Below are positions 24,693 to 38,969 of a stretch of DNA of 64,000 bases, in pieces. A program made the translations under genes and the position numbers. Every line of letters begins with the position of its first letter. The stretch's first letter is position 1. This DNA is from Podarcis gaigeae (taxonomy: Eukaryota): assembly GCA_964106915.2 (NCBI GenBank), contig OZ066919.1; one strand, written 5' to 3'. Below the pieces are notes generated by a model. It made no database searches. It saw nothing but the letters and a program-made list of their open reading frames with translations, and had not been told where the DNA came from.

Positions 24693-27429
24693 TGCATGTG
24701 TGTACACGAAGCACCTCTGGGGGGGGGGCAGATTTATACCTGATAATGACCTGATTCCTCCCTGCTACATTGTACGTAACCAGTCATGCAAGGAGGTAAT
24801 TCTAGATCCTAAACTTAATGGTTTCATGCTCACCCCCCTTAACATTTCTCTTTCCCCATCCCTCATCATTCCATGCTTTACAGCTGCTTCTACACTCCTG
24901 ACATGTTAGAGCAAACAAACAGACAAACAGCTTGCCAGCCCTGATGGGAAAAGGATGAAATGCTCTGAGCATGCATTTTAACCACGCACCAACATGCCTG
25001 CAGAAATAAAAGCGAGTTTGCTTTTGCTGACCTGATGCTGAACAGCTTTAGTTGGATTCAGAAGTTTTTTCCACTATCGGTCTATGGTGCGGCAGAGTCA
25101 TGTGGCTGCCTCCATACTGTAGTGTTTCTGCAGCTTACCTGGACAAGGCTGGGGTGGAGCAGCAGCAGGGTCTGGGCTGTGCAGGTGGACTAGCAGAGAC
25201 AATCCAGCAATCTCACTGGTGTACTTGCAAAGCCCACCCACCAACCCACCTCACTGCCCCATCCCCACCTAGGTAAGCTGCAGTGATGCCGGTGTCAGCC
25301 GCCCCACCATACAGGCCATTTCTTATGTCTGCTGTCTTGCCAATCCAACAAATATTACGTAGATGTTTGTGGAAAAAGCAAGACTTTTTGTTGCATACAT
25401 TTGCCCAAACAGGATGTTAGACTAGATCATTGATGGGGAACTCCTAATGCTGTTGGATTCCCACCAACCCCAGCCAGCATAACCAACTAGGGATGATGGG
25501 AGTTGTAGTCCAGTAATGACTGAAGGGCTATATCCCAGGCCTAGATGGACGGATTGATCTGATCTAGCAAGGCTCCACTTACATTGTTTGATTCTTAACC
25601 CTCTGTAATGTCCAGCATGAATCTATATTTAAGAGAAGGAAGCTCTTACAGCAGGATTTAGCAAAGAAAGGAACAAGGAGTTGCAGGCTAGGCTACAAAC
25701 AGTGAAGTTTGTGCTGCAATGCTATGTTTATGTAGGGCTACTGAGCAGTGACTTGTGAGCAGCATTGCATCCATAGTGTTTGCACCCACCCTCTGATGAA
25801 TCATGAACCCAGCTTTTTTATTTTATAAAAAATAAGTTTCTGGCATTTGTAAAATCCAAGCTATCTGGCAAAATGTGCCATTCTACTTATTTGTGTGTGT
25901 GACAAACTAGCCTGTTTCTCCTTTCGTGTTTTATATTTCCCCAGCCCTGGAAAAAATTCTGCAAGGACTCTTGAGTATATCCATCATTATAATACCAATA
26001 TTACAGAGTGAGGAAGATGCTGAAAGATGGCAGTTTGTCAAATGCCACTTGGTGAGTTCATGGTTCAAGTGGGATTAGAATTTTGGCTTCCCAACTTTTA
26101 TTCTTAGCCATGATGCTATAGCAGGCTTTGGGGTGTGTGTTTTTTACCTCAAGCAATCCTGTGGAAGGACACATGTGGAAAACGTTCTTCAAAATTGGTC
26201 ATGCACAGGACCATTGACAAGTCCCACAGGTCACAAAATAGAAAGCTCTGAAAGGAAAGAAAGTGGCTGGCTTCAACTAGGGATCAGAACCTGTGGAGTT
26301 TTCTGATTCCAAATCCTCTACTTTAGCAGCAAGAAATGTCTCCCACTTCGGACTGAAAAGGCATAATAATTCTGCATCTCCAAAACGGCTTCCATTTGAA
26401 GAAGGAAGCACTAAAAGAACAAAGGAGAGGCTGGTTGTTGTTATTTCAAGGCTATTTTAAACTGTCTTGTGAGGGCAAATAAAGCCTGATTTGATGAGAA
26501 CAGAATTGCATCATTATCTGAGTAAACAAGATACAACACATTTTCTAATTTGTTCTGTAATCCAAACTATAAAAACAGATTTAAGGCAATTAGAAAGTCA
26601 GGTATACAAAATCAACCTTAAAAGCAAGTTCCACACTTTTTCTTTCTTTCTTGAGCAATAATGATACATACGTTTAAATAATTTCTCTCTCTCTCTCTTT
26701 TGGAACTGCAACACCTACCTGCTCTTTGCATACTTAACAGGATGCAAAGTGCAGATTATGAGCCACCCAGTTAATTGTGCACCTCCTCCATTTATTACCA
26801 TACGGTTAATAAGATTTGCAGGAAGCATTAAAGAGCAGTCAAGTCCTATCACTGAACATGCAATTTAAAGTCCCCAGCAGGGACACGCAAACCCAGTGAA
26901 GAGGAAACATCATCACTTCAGAAGCACGAAGGAAGGTGGGGAGGGGGAGAGAAAATACAAAAAAAGATGTCATAAGTTACATAACTGGTGGTCGGTGTGT
27001 CTGTGCCATCAGCAATGCTGGAGTTTTGGCTCTCTCTCTGAGAAAGGAAGGCAGTCAGTCGCCATACTTAAAGTCCACACAATAAGATTTCTTATTCCTA
27101 CTTACAGCAAGCTTCACTAGATTTCAGCTGTAAGGGAGCCCTCTTTCCTCTAGTCTGGACTTTGGTCTCCATGCTCCTGACTTCAAGGTTCAGTCAGCCA
27201 GATGAATTCACTTCAAAATTCTAAAATAAAATAAATAAAATAAAATAGGTGCACCCAGACCTATCTTATTTGGGAACTATTTTTGGCAACAAGCCAACAT
27301 ATGTAAGAATGGATGGAAGAGGATCTATGCAGAGACTGATACATGATGAAACAAAAAAGCCCAGAATACTTCAGGGCTGTGCACATGGCATTTGATGAAC
27401 ACATGTGCCAAATATTACAAATGTGCCAG

Positions 27430-27720
27430 AGACACTTACATTGGCTGCCCATATGTTACTGGGCCAGGGTTAATTCATTTAAAAGGCCCTTAACAACTTT
27501 GGTCCAGAATACGTTAAGGACAGCCTGATTCTGTATCTCCCTGCCCAGTCCTTGAGATCTTTGGTGGAAATCTCTGTTAGTGGTCTCCCATGGCTCAGAT
27601 GCACAGCTGTCATCTGCCAAGAGTCATGAATTAAGTATTGTGGGCCCAGTCCTGTGAAACTCCATCCCAGCTGAGATCAGATGGGCTTCCTCCCAGTTGA
27701 GCTTCAGGTGCATTATAAGC
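27430..27720 (+). mobile_element. Old L2-clade LINE ORF2 C-terminal fragment
   Basis: LHWLPI...R motif followed by decayed KAL..LGP.YL.D-like coding. Confidence 0.6.
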
Positions 27721-28000
27721 ATGGAGAAAGTGGTTAGAGAAAAAATTTTCTCCCTCAACAATAGAAGTCATGGACATCCAAGGGAGCTTTTGGAAAATTC
27801 AGTGCAGCTTATTTCTTCATGCAAGGCATAGTTAAACTCTGGAACTCGCTCCTACAGGAGGCAGTGATGGCTACCAATTTGGATGGCTACCAAAGAGGAT
27901 CAGACAAGTTCATGGAGAATAAGGCTATCAGCAGTTGCTAGTCATGATGACTGACTTCTATCTCCACTGTCAATATGCCTCTGAACACCAATTGCTAGAC
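27721..28000 (+). mobile_element. Old CR1 3' fragment
   Basis: TTCTTCATGCAAGGCATAGTTAAACTCTGGAACTCGCT...GACAAGTTCATGGAG, CR1 ORF2-end pattern. Confidence 0.6.
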
Positions 28001-28641
28001 AACATTGATATAGTCAGTGTGCAAGAGAACGTCTTGAACATGTGTTCGTACTCTCCTTGTTGATACACTAGTTTTCTAGCCATCTTTATACATAATGCAG
28101 GGTGGAAATTCAGTGTAGTTTTCAGTACTGAACAAGTTGTCTGTCATTTTCTTAGGATGATTTTCCAGCTGTCAGTCAGTGCTATAGAGATGTAGGGATC
28201 AGCATCTCTCTTCCACTTGCCAAGCTCTCCCCCCTGACCCTACAGCTAATTGATACAAATGTGTCAACATATCAGCACTGACTTCTCAGGAACTGGATTT
28301 TGGATGATTTCTCCAGGCCACAAATTTCCTCTACATGAACTGTTCTAATTTTCCAACTATAGAATTAAATAAATAGGAGCGAACAAAGTTCAGGAGAAAG
28401 CTAGAAAAGCAACCTCACTATAACAACTTTGAACAAAAAAGTGCCTGAACATCATAGGTATTCAGAAACTCTCAGTGCTACAGCTCAGTGATCAAACAGA
28501 AGTTGGCAGGTCCAACCCATGGTGCCTCCAGGTAGGGCTAAGGAAAACTAATTTGGAAATGTGATGACTAAACTGGAGTGTGGACAAATGAGAAACTGAG
28601 AGAAGCTTAAATTGACAGATTCACTCATCCCTAGTCCAGGT

Positions 28642-29015
28642 AAAGGTAAAGAACCCCTGGACAGTTCAGTCAAAGGTGACTATGGGGTGTGGCGCTCATC
28701 TCGCTTTCAGGCCAAGGGAGCCGGTGTTTGTCCACAGACAGCTTTCCGGGTCATGTGGCCAGCATGACTAAACAGCTTCTGGCACAACGGGACACCGTGA
28801 TGGAAACAAAAGCGCATGGAAACACTGTTTACCTTCTTGCCACAGCAGTACCTATTTATCTACTTGCACTGGCATGCTTTCAAGATGATAGGTTGACAGG
28901 AGCTGAGACAGAGCAACAGGAGCTCACCCTGTCGCATGGATTTGAACCACCGACCTTCCAATCAGCAAGCCCAAGAGGCTCAGTGGTTTACACCACAGCC
29001 CCACCCGTTCCCCAG
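28642..29015 (-). mobile_element. Sauria SINE
   Basis: AAAGGTAAAG tail, Sauria body; 10-bp TSD TAGTCCAGGT at 28632-28641 and 29016-29025. Confidence 0.9.
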
Positions 29016-29336
29016 TAGTCCAGGTTACACATGTTCATTTTATTATCACATGGGCTGATGTGACCATGATGGGCTGCACCAGGTCTGCCACTGGTCATCG
29101 CAGCATCTTTTATTTTTAAGAATATTTTATAATCAGGGGCAGTTACAGATCCTTTTTTAAAATTAAATATATATATATTATTTTATTCTACAGACAATGG
29201 TGTTTATTCCCATCTGCCCTGAGAATACCTTCCTTGGCACACACACACAAGGTCCCCTTCACCACCCCTCATCTCACTCAAACAAGTTTTGAAAATTACA
29301 GATAGCATAGCAAAGTAAGTTGCGGTGTTGTGTGTT

Positions 29337-30808
29337 CATAGAATCATAGAGTTGGAAGAGACCACATGGGCCATCGAGTCCAAGCCCCTGCCAAGCAGGA
29401 AACACCATCAGAGCACTCCTGACATATGGTTGTCAAGCCTCTGCTTAAAGACCTCCAAAGAAGGAGACTCCACCACACTCCTTGGCAGCAAATTCCACTG
29501 TCGAACAGCTCTTACTGTCAGGAAGTTCTTCCTAATGTTTAGGTGGAATCTTCTTTCTTGTAGTTTGGATCCATTGCTCCGTGTCCGCTTCTCTGGAGCA
29601 GCAGAAAACAACCTTTCTCCCTCCTCTATGTGACATCCTTTTATATATTTGAACATGGCTATCATATCACCCCTTAACCTCCTCTTCTCCAGGCTAAACA
29701 TGCCCAGCTCCCTTAGTCGTTCCTCATAAGGCATCGTTTCCAGGCCTTTGGCCATTTTGGTTGCCCTCCTCTGGACAAGTTCCAGTTTGTCAGTGTCTTT
29801 CTTGAACTGTGGTGCCCAGAACTGGACACAGTACTCCAGGTGAGGTCTGACCAGAGCAGAATACAGTGGCACTATTACTTCCCTTGATCTAGATGCTGTA
29901 CTCCTATTGATGCAGCCCAGAATTGCATTGGCTTTTTTAGCTGCCGTGTCACACTGTTGGCTCATGTCAAGTTTGTGGTCAACCAAGACTCCTAGATCCT
30001 TTTCACATGTACTGCTCTCAAGCCAGGTGTCACCCATCTTGTATTTGTGCCTCTCATTTTTTTTTATTTATTTTTTTGCCCAAGTGCAATACTTTACATT
30101 TCTCCCTGTTAAAATTCATCTTGTTTTGGCCCAGTTCTCTAATTTGTCAAGGTCATTTTGAAGTATGATCCTGTCCTCTGGGGTGTTAGCCACCCCTCCC
30201 AGTTTGGTGTCATCTGCAAATTTGATCAGGATGCCCTTGAGTCCTTCATCCAAGTCGTTGATAAAGATGTTGAATAAGACCGGGCCCAAGACAGAACCCT
30301 GTGGCACCCCACTGGTCACTCTTCTCCCGGATGAAGAGGAACCATTGATGAGCACCCTTTGGGTTCGGTCAGTCAGCCACTTACAAATCCACTGAGTGGT
30401 AGCATAGTCAAGACCACATTTTACCAGCTTCTTTACAAGAATATCATGGGGCACCTTGTCAAATGCCTTGCTGAAATCAAGGTAGACTACATCCACTGCG
30501 TTCCCTTCATCTACCAGGCTTGTAATTCTGTCAAAAAACGAGATCAGGTTAGTCTGACATGACTTATTTTTCAGAAATCCATGCTGACTATTGGTATCAC
30601 AGCATTCCTTTCTAGGTGCTCACAGACTGTTTGCTTAATGATCTGCTCCAGAATCTTCCCTGGTATTGATGTCAGACTGACTGGGCGGTAATTATTTGGG
30701 TCCTCTCTTTTCCCCTTTTTGAAAATAGGGACAACATTTGCCCTCCTCCAGTCTGCCGGGACTTCGCCTGTTCTCCAGGAATTCTCAAAGATGACTGCCA
30801 GTGGTTCT
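29337..30808 (-). mobile_element. CR1 LINE, 5'-truncated, frameshifted RT
   Basis: [49 protein letters not shown] across three ORFs; (ATAGAATC)n tail; TSD GTTGTGTGTT at 29327-29336 and 30836-30845. Confidence 0.96.
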
Positions 30809-31224
30809 GTTGGGTGGGGTGTTGGGTGTTGTGTGGTTGTGTGTTGGGTGGGGAGACTGCAACAGTTTCCCTGGCTTGCAAAAGTGTCCAGGGCCCCAAA
30901 GTGGCTCGTGATCTCTGCAAGGGCATCCCCACCCTGTTGCAATTTTCTCAGATTTTTCAATTTATTTTTCATGGAAAAACCCCTTTCATTGGGTTGCCTA
31001 TTTGGATCCAAAATGGAATGTACATTCCATAATGATACTTAAACCTTAATGAGAATGCAGAAGAGTGTCCACATTCTATTATTTCCCCCTTCTGATGAGC
31101 TTGCACGAGACACTCTCGTGTAGCTGCTGACCATTTCTCTCTTCCCACACTCCAATAAATGGTAAATTTGATAGGATCAGACATAAGGCATCATAACAGT
31201 ATCCTGTTTCATATGGTACTGAAG

Positions 31225-31400
31225 TAGACAATGGCTCATCTAGCCCAGTATTGTCAACACAGACAATACCAGGTTTGGAGCAGCTGTCCAGAGTTTCAGG
31301 CAGATGTCTGTGCCAGCCCGACCTGAATATGCTGGGGATTGAACCTAGAACCTACTGCATGCAAAGCAGATACTCAACCACGGAGCTATGGTCTTCCCTG
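31225..31400 (-). mobile_element. tRNA-derived SINE (family of 18722-19130)
   Basis: GGGGATTGAACCTAGAACCTACTGCATGCAAAGCAGATACTCAACCACGGAGCTATGG. Confidence 0.7.
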
Positions 31401-33049
31401 TGCTCAGAATAACTGTCCACACCTTTGAAAGCACAATACTCATGGTGGCTATCATACCTATTGGATGACTGTGTCATCCCTACCAAGATTGCAGAAGGAA
31501 ACAAAATTCCATTGGGAAAGGAAGTGAAATAAGACATGACTCTCTCCTCAACATCCTTCAGTTTCCATTCTCCTAAAACACAAGCTATCTGGATGTGGTG
31601 TCACAATATGCATATTGTGTAGAATATGCTGAAAATCATTATTTCTAGCTTTGATTTTCTTCCCTCTCTGATCCACTTCCCTCCCTATACTTTGTAGGGT
31701 GACAGCAGGGGTTGCCATAGCAACATAACACAAAGTCATCTTCTTTTGTGGTAAGAAACTGTTGAACAGCTAAGAGAATTAAGGAGGGGGGTGCAGGTAG
31801 AGGGTACCTGGGAATTCAGCTAAAAATAGAAAAACTTAATAATGGAACCATTAAGGGGAAGCCATTTGGGGGCTTCATAGCCTCAAGCCTTTCTCCTGAG
31901 GCCTTTTTCATATTACTAACTGTAATTGAGTAGCTTTTGATTCTGAGAAGGAAAGAGGAAAAGTTGCTTTATTTCCAGCTGTGGAAAGAGCGACAGGCAC
32001 AATGCATGTCCGCATTTCATTTAGGGTGCTAATTACCTGCCCAATTTCAAATTCATAAAATAAAAGCCACTCTCTTTCAGAACTTAGAAAACACCCACAA
32101 CCCCTTTCTTTAAAATGGACACTGAGCACATCTTGTTCATTTCTGAGCGATAAATCAGCATACTCTGTACTTTGATGCCTTGTCTGATTTTACAACTTGA
32201 GACAAATTCCTCCTGTTATCATCTTCCCTTTGATGTCCAATGTGGTTGCATTAATCATTATCAATGCTTTCAGCATTGGCCATGTGCATAATTCTGCCAA
32301 AGGAGTATTTATGGGCCATTCAATTGGTCCAATAGCTGGGAGATCAGATTTGAATGCTGAATGTCTGACTTGGTCCTCATGTGAGAAGAATAAGCCAGTG
32401 CTTTCTTAAAACCAGTTCACCCATGCAGCAAGCATTTTAGTTCTAGCTCTGAAGCACATGTGCTTGCTCTGAGGCAGCAATACAATGTTATGGGTAGATA
32501 CAAGTACCTATAGCAGCCAACTATAGTAAATGTCAGCTTATATCATATGAGGGTGAGAAAAGGATACAGCATTTAATATTAACATCCCGGTAATTTTATC
32601 GTTCTGGAAAGTCACATCAGAAGCAGGTAGTGCACCTAGACTTTGTAATCTGTCATAAAATATATTGTCTCATACAGTTCTGGAACAGGAGATTTGGAAT
32701 GGGCCATTAGTAGAATCAGCTGCTGGAGCAAGAAAGGACATTCAATGTCCAACAGACACAGAACAATTTCTGGTGTTAAAAGATGTAGAGGTGATGTTTG
32801 TTTTACAATATTCCTCCTAACACCTAAAGTAGAACTTTTTTGCTACCCAGAGTAAGATGCAAAAAGTTCCACTTTATGAAGAAGGATGGAAACTGGAAGG
32901 ATGAGGTATTTACATTTCTATTTCCACTGCATTATCCAACATCTAGCCTGCTCTTATGTTAGTCTGTGTGATCCAGGTAAAAAATGTGTTCCAGAAGAAG
33001 AAAACAGATGCAACAAGTATAACCCCCATGGTGAACAAACTATTCTATA

Positions 33050-33255
33050 TACAGTGGTACCTCGGGTTAAGTACTTAATTTGTTCCGGAGGTACGTTCTT
33101 AACCTGAAACTGTTCTTAACCTGAAGCACCACTTTAGCTAATGGGGCCTCCAGCTGCCGCCACACCATCGGAGCACAATTTCTGTTCTCATCCTGAAGCA
33201 AAGTTCTTAACCGGAGGTACTATTTCTGGGTTAGCGGAGTCTGTAACCTGAAGCA
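33050..33255. mobile_element. Tc1/mariner (Tigger-like) MITE, one end truncated
   Basis: TA-CAGTGGTACCTCGGGTTAAG; reverse-complement homology to 49773-50024. Confidence 0.82.
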
Positions 33256-36200
33256 GATATATATATATCTGCTAAATTACAAAACAAATCAAAGCAGTGT
33301 ACATTATTAAAAAGATAAAAACAATACAGTTAAGGTATAAAATGACTTAAAAGCAAAAAAAGGATTTTAAATATATATATATATCAATAAACAGTTCTGA
33401 GGGATGTACTCTTAATTGCCTAGGCACAGAAGGTGACTGCTGATTACCACTCCCATTTTCTTGGCCTGCTTTTTATCCTTCTATTTGCAAACCACTTTGT
33501 AGTAGTGTAACTCCTGCATAAGTCTTCCCTTCTTGTTTATGTTGTTCTTAAAACCTTGATTTAGGAACCGTTTGGGAAGATCTGTTTGGAGAGAACTGCC
33601 CTGTGATCTTTTAATAATAAAAATAACCTTCCCTTTTCCTTTTTGAAAAATCACTTTCAATCAGTCATTTATTCTGAAGCACGACGAGCTCAGATGAACA
33701 CTTACTGATTCATCTCATTTTTAAAAAATGTTTAAATAAACTTTGCTGAAGCTCCAGCATAATGTCAACTGCTTCTCAAGTGAATTATTCATCCTGCCCC
33801 ATTCTTTCAGAAATGCCAAAAGGATTCTGAGGCTGCTTCATATTGAAATGGTTCCCTGTGCCAAAACATATACAAGCCACAGACAATCTCCAGTTTTACA
33901 AGCAGCCCACGTTAGGCTATATTGAGGTTTACTGAGGGGCATGGAAAACATGAATACATGAAGTGTCTTTCCTGGCAAAAAATGGGATTTACATTGCAGG
34001 CAGACTACATCTAGGAAGGCCTTTTCCAAGCAAGTGATCAAGATGAGTTACAATCCAGTCCTATCCTTCAGCAATCCATCCCTGGCAATCCACCCCTAAC
34101 ACAGTTCCCATGAAATATACCTATATCACACAGTTGCCTAAACTGTTCTCCTTGGCCCTCTTCTCTAAATGGGCAGAGAAAACACATGAGGTAGACAGCA
34201 GGTATGAGCACACTGGCCTCACCTCCTCATCACCCCCCCCCCCCCCGCAAGCCAAGGGCATCTGTCTGATGCAGTATAGCTGCTGTCCTCATGCTTTATA
34301 GATCCCCAATTTTCCAAGTTTCTAAATTGCACAGGATACCACCACAACTACAAGAGGCTTCCCACTTCACCTAAGAACAGCCTGCTGCATCAGGTCAATG
34401 GACCAGCATTCTGTTCTCACAGTGGCCATTCAAATGCCAATGGGAAACCTGAAAGCATGTGTTGGAGAGCAACAGCCTGATGTTCTTGCTTCTACTTACC
34501 TCTGAGTAGAAGTTGCTGGTAATTACAAGTGGGCAGAGCACTGTTGCACTTGGATCCCTGCTTTCAAGATTCCCATTGGCATCTGGATGGTTGCTATTTC
34601 GATGCCGGGTGCCATTTTGAATCAAGATGGTGGGCTGGAATGTGACTCTCCGTGAACAAACGTGCACTCTCTGCTAGTCCCGCATAAGTTAAAGCAAAAC
34701 ATGGGTCCATTCTGGGCCAGCTACCTCTTTTCTGTCACAGAACACATTTGTGTGCCTAAAAATAGTCAGGGCACACTCCTAGGAACCGTGATTATCTGAG
34801 GATTATATGTATCCTTTTCCAGACACATGAACATTATGGAAAAGATGCACTCAGCCTGCAGTGGAAAAATGGAAATCTGTTCCAACATACAGAACAGTCC
34901 TAAAAGTATAGAGACACAAGAGAAATCAGTCTTAAAATGTGCCTCTACCTGCAAAAAAACAACAGAATAAAAGCACTCTATAATCCGATGCCAAGGCATA
35001 TCTGTGAATCAGTGACAAGTAAAGATAAAACTCTTCTTGAAGATGTCTGTCAGGCAACTGTATCAGGAATGACATTGATTTTTCCCCATGCTGCTGCTAT
35101 CTAAGGGAGGGCCTTTGTCAGTTCTATATTTAGCCATTAGATTATGTGCATTACTAATATTCAGGTAGTGCTTCATCAATTTCCATCACCACAGGTAGGA
35201 GGCTGAAAAACCTGGGATGAATGTTGTTTTGTATAAAGCTGCTGTTTGTCAAAGGGGGTAAAAAGCCTTAATACCAGGGGGAATGAAAGAAAACCAGGGA
35301 ATTTGGTATAATGTCTAGAGGTACTTCACACAGCTGGGTAAAATGACAGTGTTCAGTAGAGGGTGTAAATGGTACACTTACTTGCTGGGGTCAATGTGGT
35401 GAATTCCATCAAGGTAATAAGCAGGACCAGACAATTGAGCACAGTTTGGGTCTTGTTTGGACAGGATGCAAACTGCATCCAGTCATCACTGTGCACACCA
35501 CTGACTTCCCTTTGCTTGGCAGAGGGGCCAAATGGATGTTAATTACGCAGATGGGCTGCTAGCCTGAATGCTGGGTATTCTAATTCTTCAGTCTTAACTG
35601 CGTTTCAGCCCACCTCAGCGCCATTTCATGGCTTGTGACCTATAGTGCTCAGTTTTCAGTTGAGGTGGGGAGCAGGGAGGAGGAATGGTAATATAGAGAA
35701 CTTAAAATAGGTGGAGAAAATGCCATTTTAAGTCACTAGAGGACTTTCTGGTGGACTATAGATCTTAAGTCCATTGCTTAATTTCTAAAACCGGCAGTAT
35801 GTATTTCATTATTACTTAAAGAAATTTATAGACCACTTCACAGCATAAAGCAACCTAAGAGGTGTATGCCTGACTAGAATCACTTATTCCCCACCCTGGA
35901 AGTATTGGCTCTGGTTATGTTTATGCAAGAGTGAGATGAACTCTGAAGATGTTCAGAAATACGGTACTCTGTCCCAGATTACAGCAGTGATGGGGAAGCT
36001 TTCTTATGTAGCAAGCTGGATCTTTATGTTCCCCCACCCGGCAAGTCAACTTTGTCAGATAGGGTGGAGTGGGGAGACAGTGATCAAGCAGGATTGAATT
36101 CCCATGCATCAGCTGGGAATTCAGTCCTGCTTTCTGCAGGGTTCAGGTGTGCAAGAGAGTTCCCCACAGGGTTAGAGTCTGAAGTTGAAATTACAGCAGT

Positions 36201-36329
36201 AAAAAAAAAAATCATTTTAATATTTTATTGTACTGAGGTGCATTTCATATTTTCTGTAAGCCACCCACAAAACTTTGTGACATATATTAATTGATGTATG
36301 CACTGTGCACCATACATTAAGATCTTCTC

Positions 36330-38389
36330 ATGGGTAGGAAAACTAAGGCCTGGGGTCGGATTCGGCCCAATCGCCTTCTAAATCCAGCCCGTGGATGTTC
36401 CGGGAATCAGTGTGTTTTATAATAATAATAATAAATTTTATTTATATCCCGCCCTCCTCAGCCGAAGCCGGGCTCAGGGCGGCTAACAACAATAAAAGAA
36501 TACAAAAGTACAGCACAAACAACACTCTAAAATCATTCATTATAAAATTGATTCAAATCAAGCCACTGGCAACCATTGTGCCAGAGCTCCACGAAGATTG
36601 CCGAGGGAGGGAGTCAGGCTGTGCCCTGGCCAAAGGCCTGGTGGAACAGCTCTGTCTTGCAGGCCCTGCGGAAAGATGTCAAGTCCCGCAGGGCCCTAGT
36701 CTCTAGTGACAGAGCATTCCACCAGATCGGAGCCACAGCCGAAAAAGCCCTGGCTCTAGTTGAGGCCAGCCTAACTTCTCTGTGGCCTGGGACCGTCAAG
36801 ATGTTTTTATTTGAAGACCGTAAGTTTCTCTGTGGGGCATACCAGGAGAGGCGGTCCCGTAGGTACTCGGGTCCTAGGCTGTATAGGGCTTTAAAGGTTA
36901 AAACCAGCACCTTAAACCTGATCCTGTACTCCACCGGGAGCCAGTGCAGCTGGTATAGCACCGGGTGAATGTGGTCTCGCAGCGAAGACCCTGTAAGGAG
37001 TCTCGCTGCAGCATTCTGCACCCGCTGGAGTTTCTGGGTCAGTCTCAAGGGCAGCCCCACGTAGAGCGAGTTACAATAATCCAGTCTGGAGGTGACCGTC
37101 GCATGGATCACAGTGGCTAGGTTAGGGCGAGAGAGGTAAGGAGCCAACTGCTTAGCTTGGCGGAGATGAAATAATGCTGCCTTTGTTATAGCTGCAATCT
37201 GCGCCTCCATGGAAAGGGAGGTGTCGAAGATTACACCCAAACTCTTAACGGATGGTGCTGGCACTAATTGCACCCCCGCAAGAGATGGGAGTTGCCCCCT
37301 CAATCCCATATTGTCCCGTCCCAGCCACAGGACCTCTGTCTTCGAAGGATTTAGCTTCAACAGGCTCCCACGTAACCATCCAGCCACAGCTTCCAAACAT
37401 CTGGTCAGTGTGTCTGGGACCGAGTCAGGATGGCCATCCATCAACGCGGAAGCCATCAACAGATAGAGTTGGGTGTCATCAGCATACCAGCCCAAAACTC
37501 CAGACAAGCTGGGCGAGGGGGCGCATAAAGATGTTGAAAAGCATCGGGGAGAGTATCGCACCCTGAGGTACTCCACACACCAAGGAGTGGCGCAATGACA
37601 ATTCCCCCCCAAGCGCCACCCTCTGTCCCCGACCAGAGAGAAACGAGCGCAGCCATTGAAGGACTGTGCCCTGAATCCCCACGTCGGCAAGGCAGTGGTC
37701 CAGGAGTTCGTGATCGACCATGTCGAAAGCTGCTGACAGATCTAGAAGAATCAGCAGCCCCGACCTGCCTCGATCCAGCTGTCTACGAAGATCATCTGTT
37801 AGGGCAACCAGAGCCGTCTCGGTCCCATGACCCGCGCGGAAGCCGGCCTGGAATGGATCCAGAGCCGATGTTTCATCCAGAAACCTACCAAGCTGTTCGG
37901 CAACCGCTCTCTCAATCACCTTACCCAGGAACGGAAGATTCGAAACCAGGTGGTAATTGGATAGATCTAAAGGATCTAATGATGTTTTCTTTAAGAGTGG
38001 ACGCACCACTGCCTCCTTCAGTTCCGCAGGGAATGTCCCCATGCCAAGGGACAAATTGATGATATCCCCCAGGAGGGCCCGCACCTCGTCTGGACACGCT
38101 CTAATCAGCCAAGACGGGCACGGGTTGAGAGGACAGGTGGTGGGCTTTCCAGCTCAGAGGAGTCTGTCCACATCTGCTGGGGATATCCGGTCGAAGTGGT
38201 CCAATACAGGACCCGAGGACAGTCGAGGGGCCTCCAGTTCCTTTATTGTATCCAAATTGGCAGGGAGGTCATGGCGGATGTGTAGAATGTGTCTTTTTAT
38301 TCAAAATGCATCTCTGGGTTATTTGTGGGGCCTGCCTGGTCTGAGGGACAGTAGACCAGCCCCCTGCTGAAAAAGTTTGCTGACCCCTG
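36330..38389. mobile_element. hAT-type MITE split by the L2 insertion
   Basis: Right terminus AAGTTTGCTGACCCCTG at ~38372-38388; left part AAACTAAGGCC...GGCCC at ~36340-36418. Confidence 0.5.
36419..38281 (-). mobile_element. L2-clade LINE, 5'-truncated, frameshifted RT
   Basis: NY..VSNLPFLGK, QAGFR, LLDLSAAFD, GVPQGAILSP, YADDTQLY, LNPSKTE, SRLDYCN, LHWLP; (AAT)n tail at ~36419-36434. Confidence 0.95.
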
Positions 38390-38969
38390 TTCTTGTTCAT
38401 GAAGTCTGTGTGGCCGGAGGTTGAAGTAATACTCTCGGACCACACACACAGGTTCAGGTGTGAATGTCCCAGAATCAGTTTCTGCATGATAAAGTCTTCA
38501 GTGCACTAAAGGAGAAAAGTGTGAATCTGCTAGGAAATAGCTCTCATTTGGAATGTGTTGACAAATATGCAACTGGTTCACTTACTCTCGTGCTGCACTG
38601 ATCTCATCTCAGCTGTTAGCGTCTCACTTGAACAATCACTTTTGTTTTCATCTATAGACATAGTCAACCCAAGCTAGAACTGCCCAAATCACTTAATTCT
38701 AAAAGTACCAATAACTGAATGTGACAGCCATTTCCACAGCCTGCCAACACATGTTTGCACATAGGTGACTTTGTGGACAACAGTGGCAGGCTCAGTAGAA
38801 GGAGGGGGGATTACCCTGACATTTCTCCATCCTACCTAGAATCATTTAAATTTTCAAAAAAATATTGTGTGAGCTCCATGATACTCGCAGGATCAAGAGG
38901 ACTGAATATATAGAGTGAAGTGCATGTACACTTCTGCATGAGTGTGCAGCTCAAATATGTTATTCCCAT

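Noticed and set aside
34500-34670. Minus-strand exon ending in GAG|GTAAGT
   Set aside because: Weak acceptor; sequence includes an inverted copy of the adjacent repeat (ATGCCAATGGGAA...GAAAGCA), so likely repeat-derived
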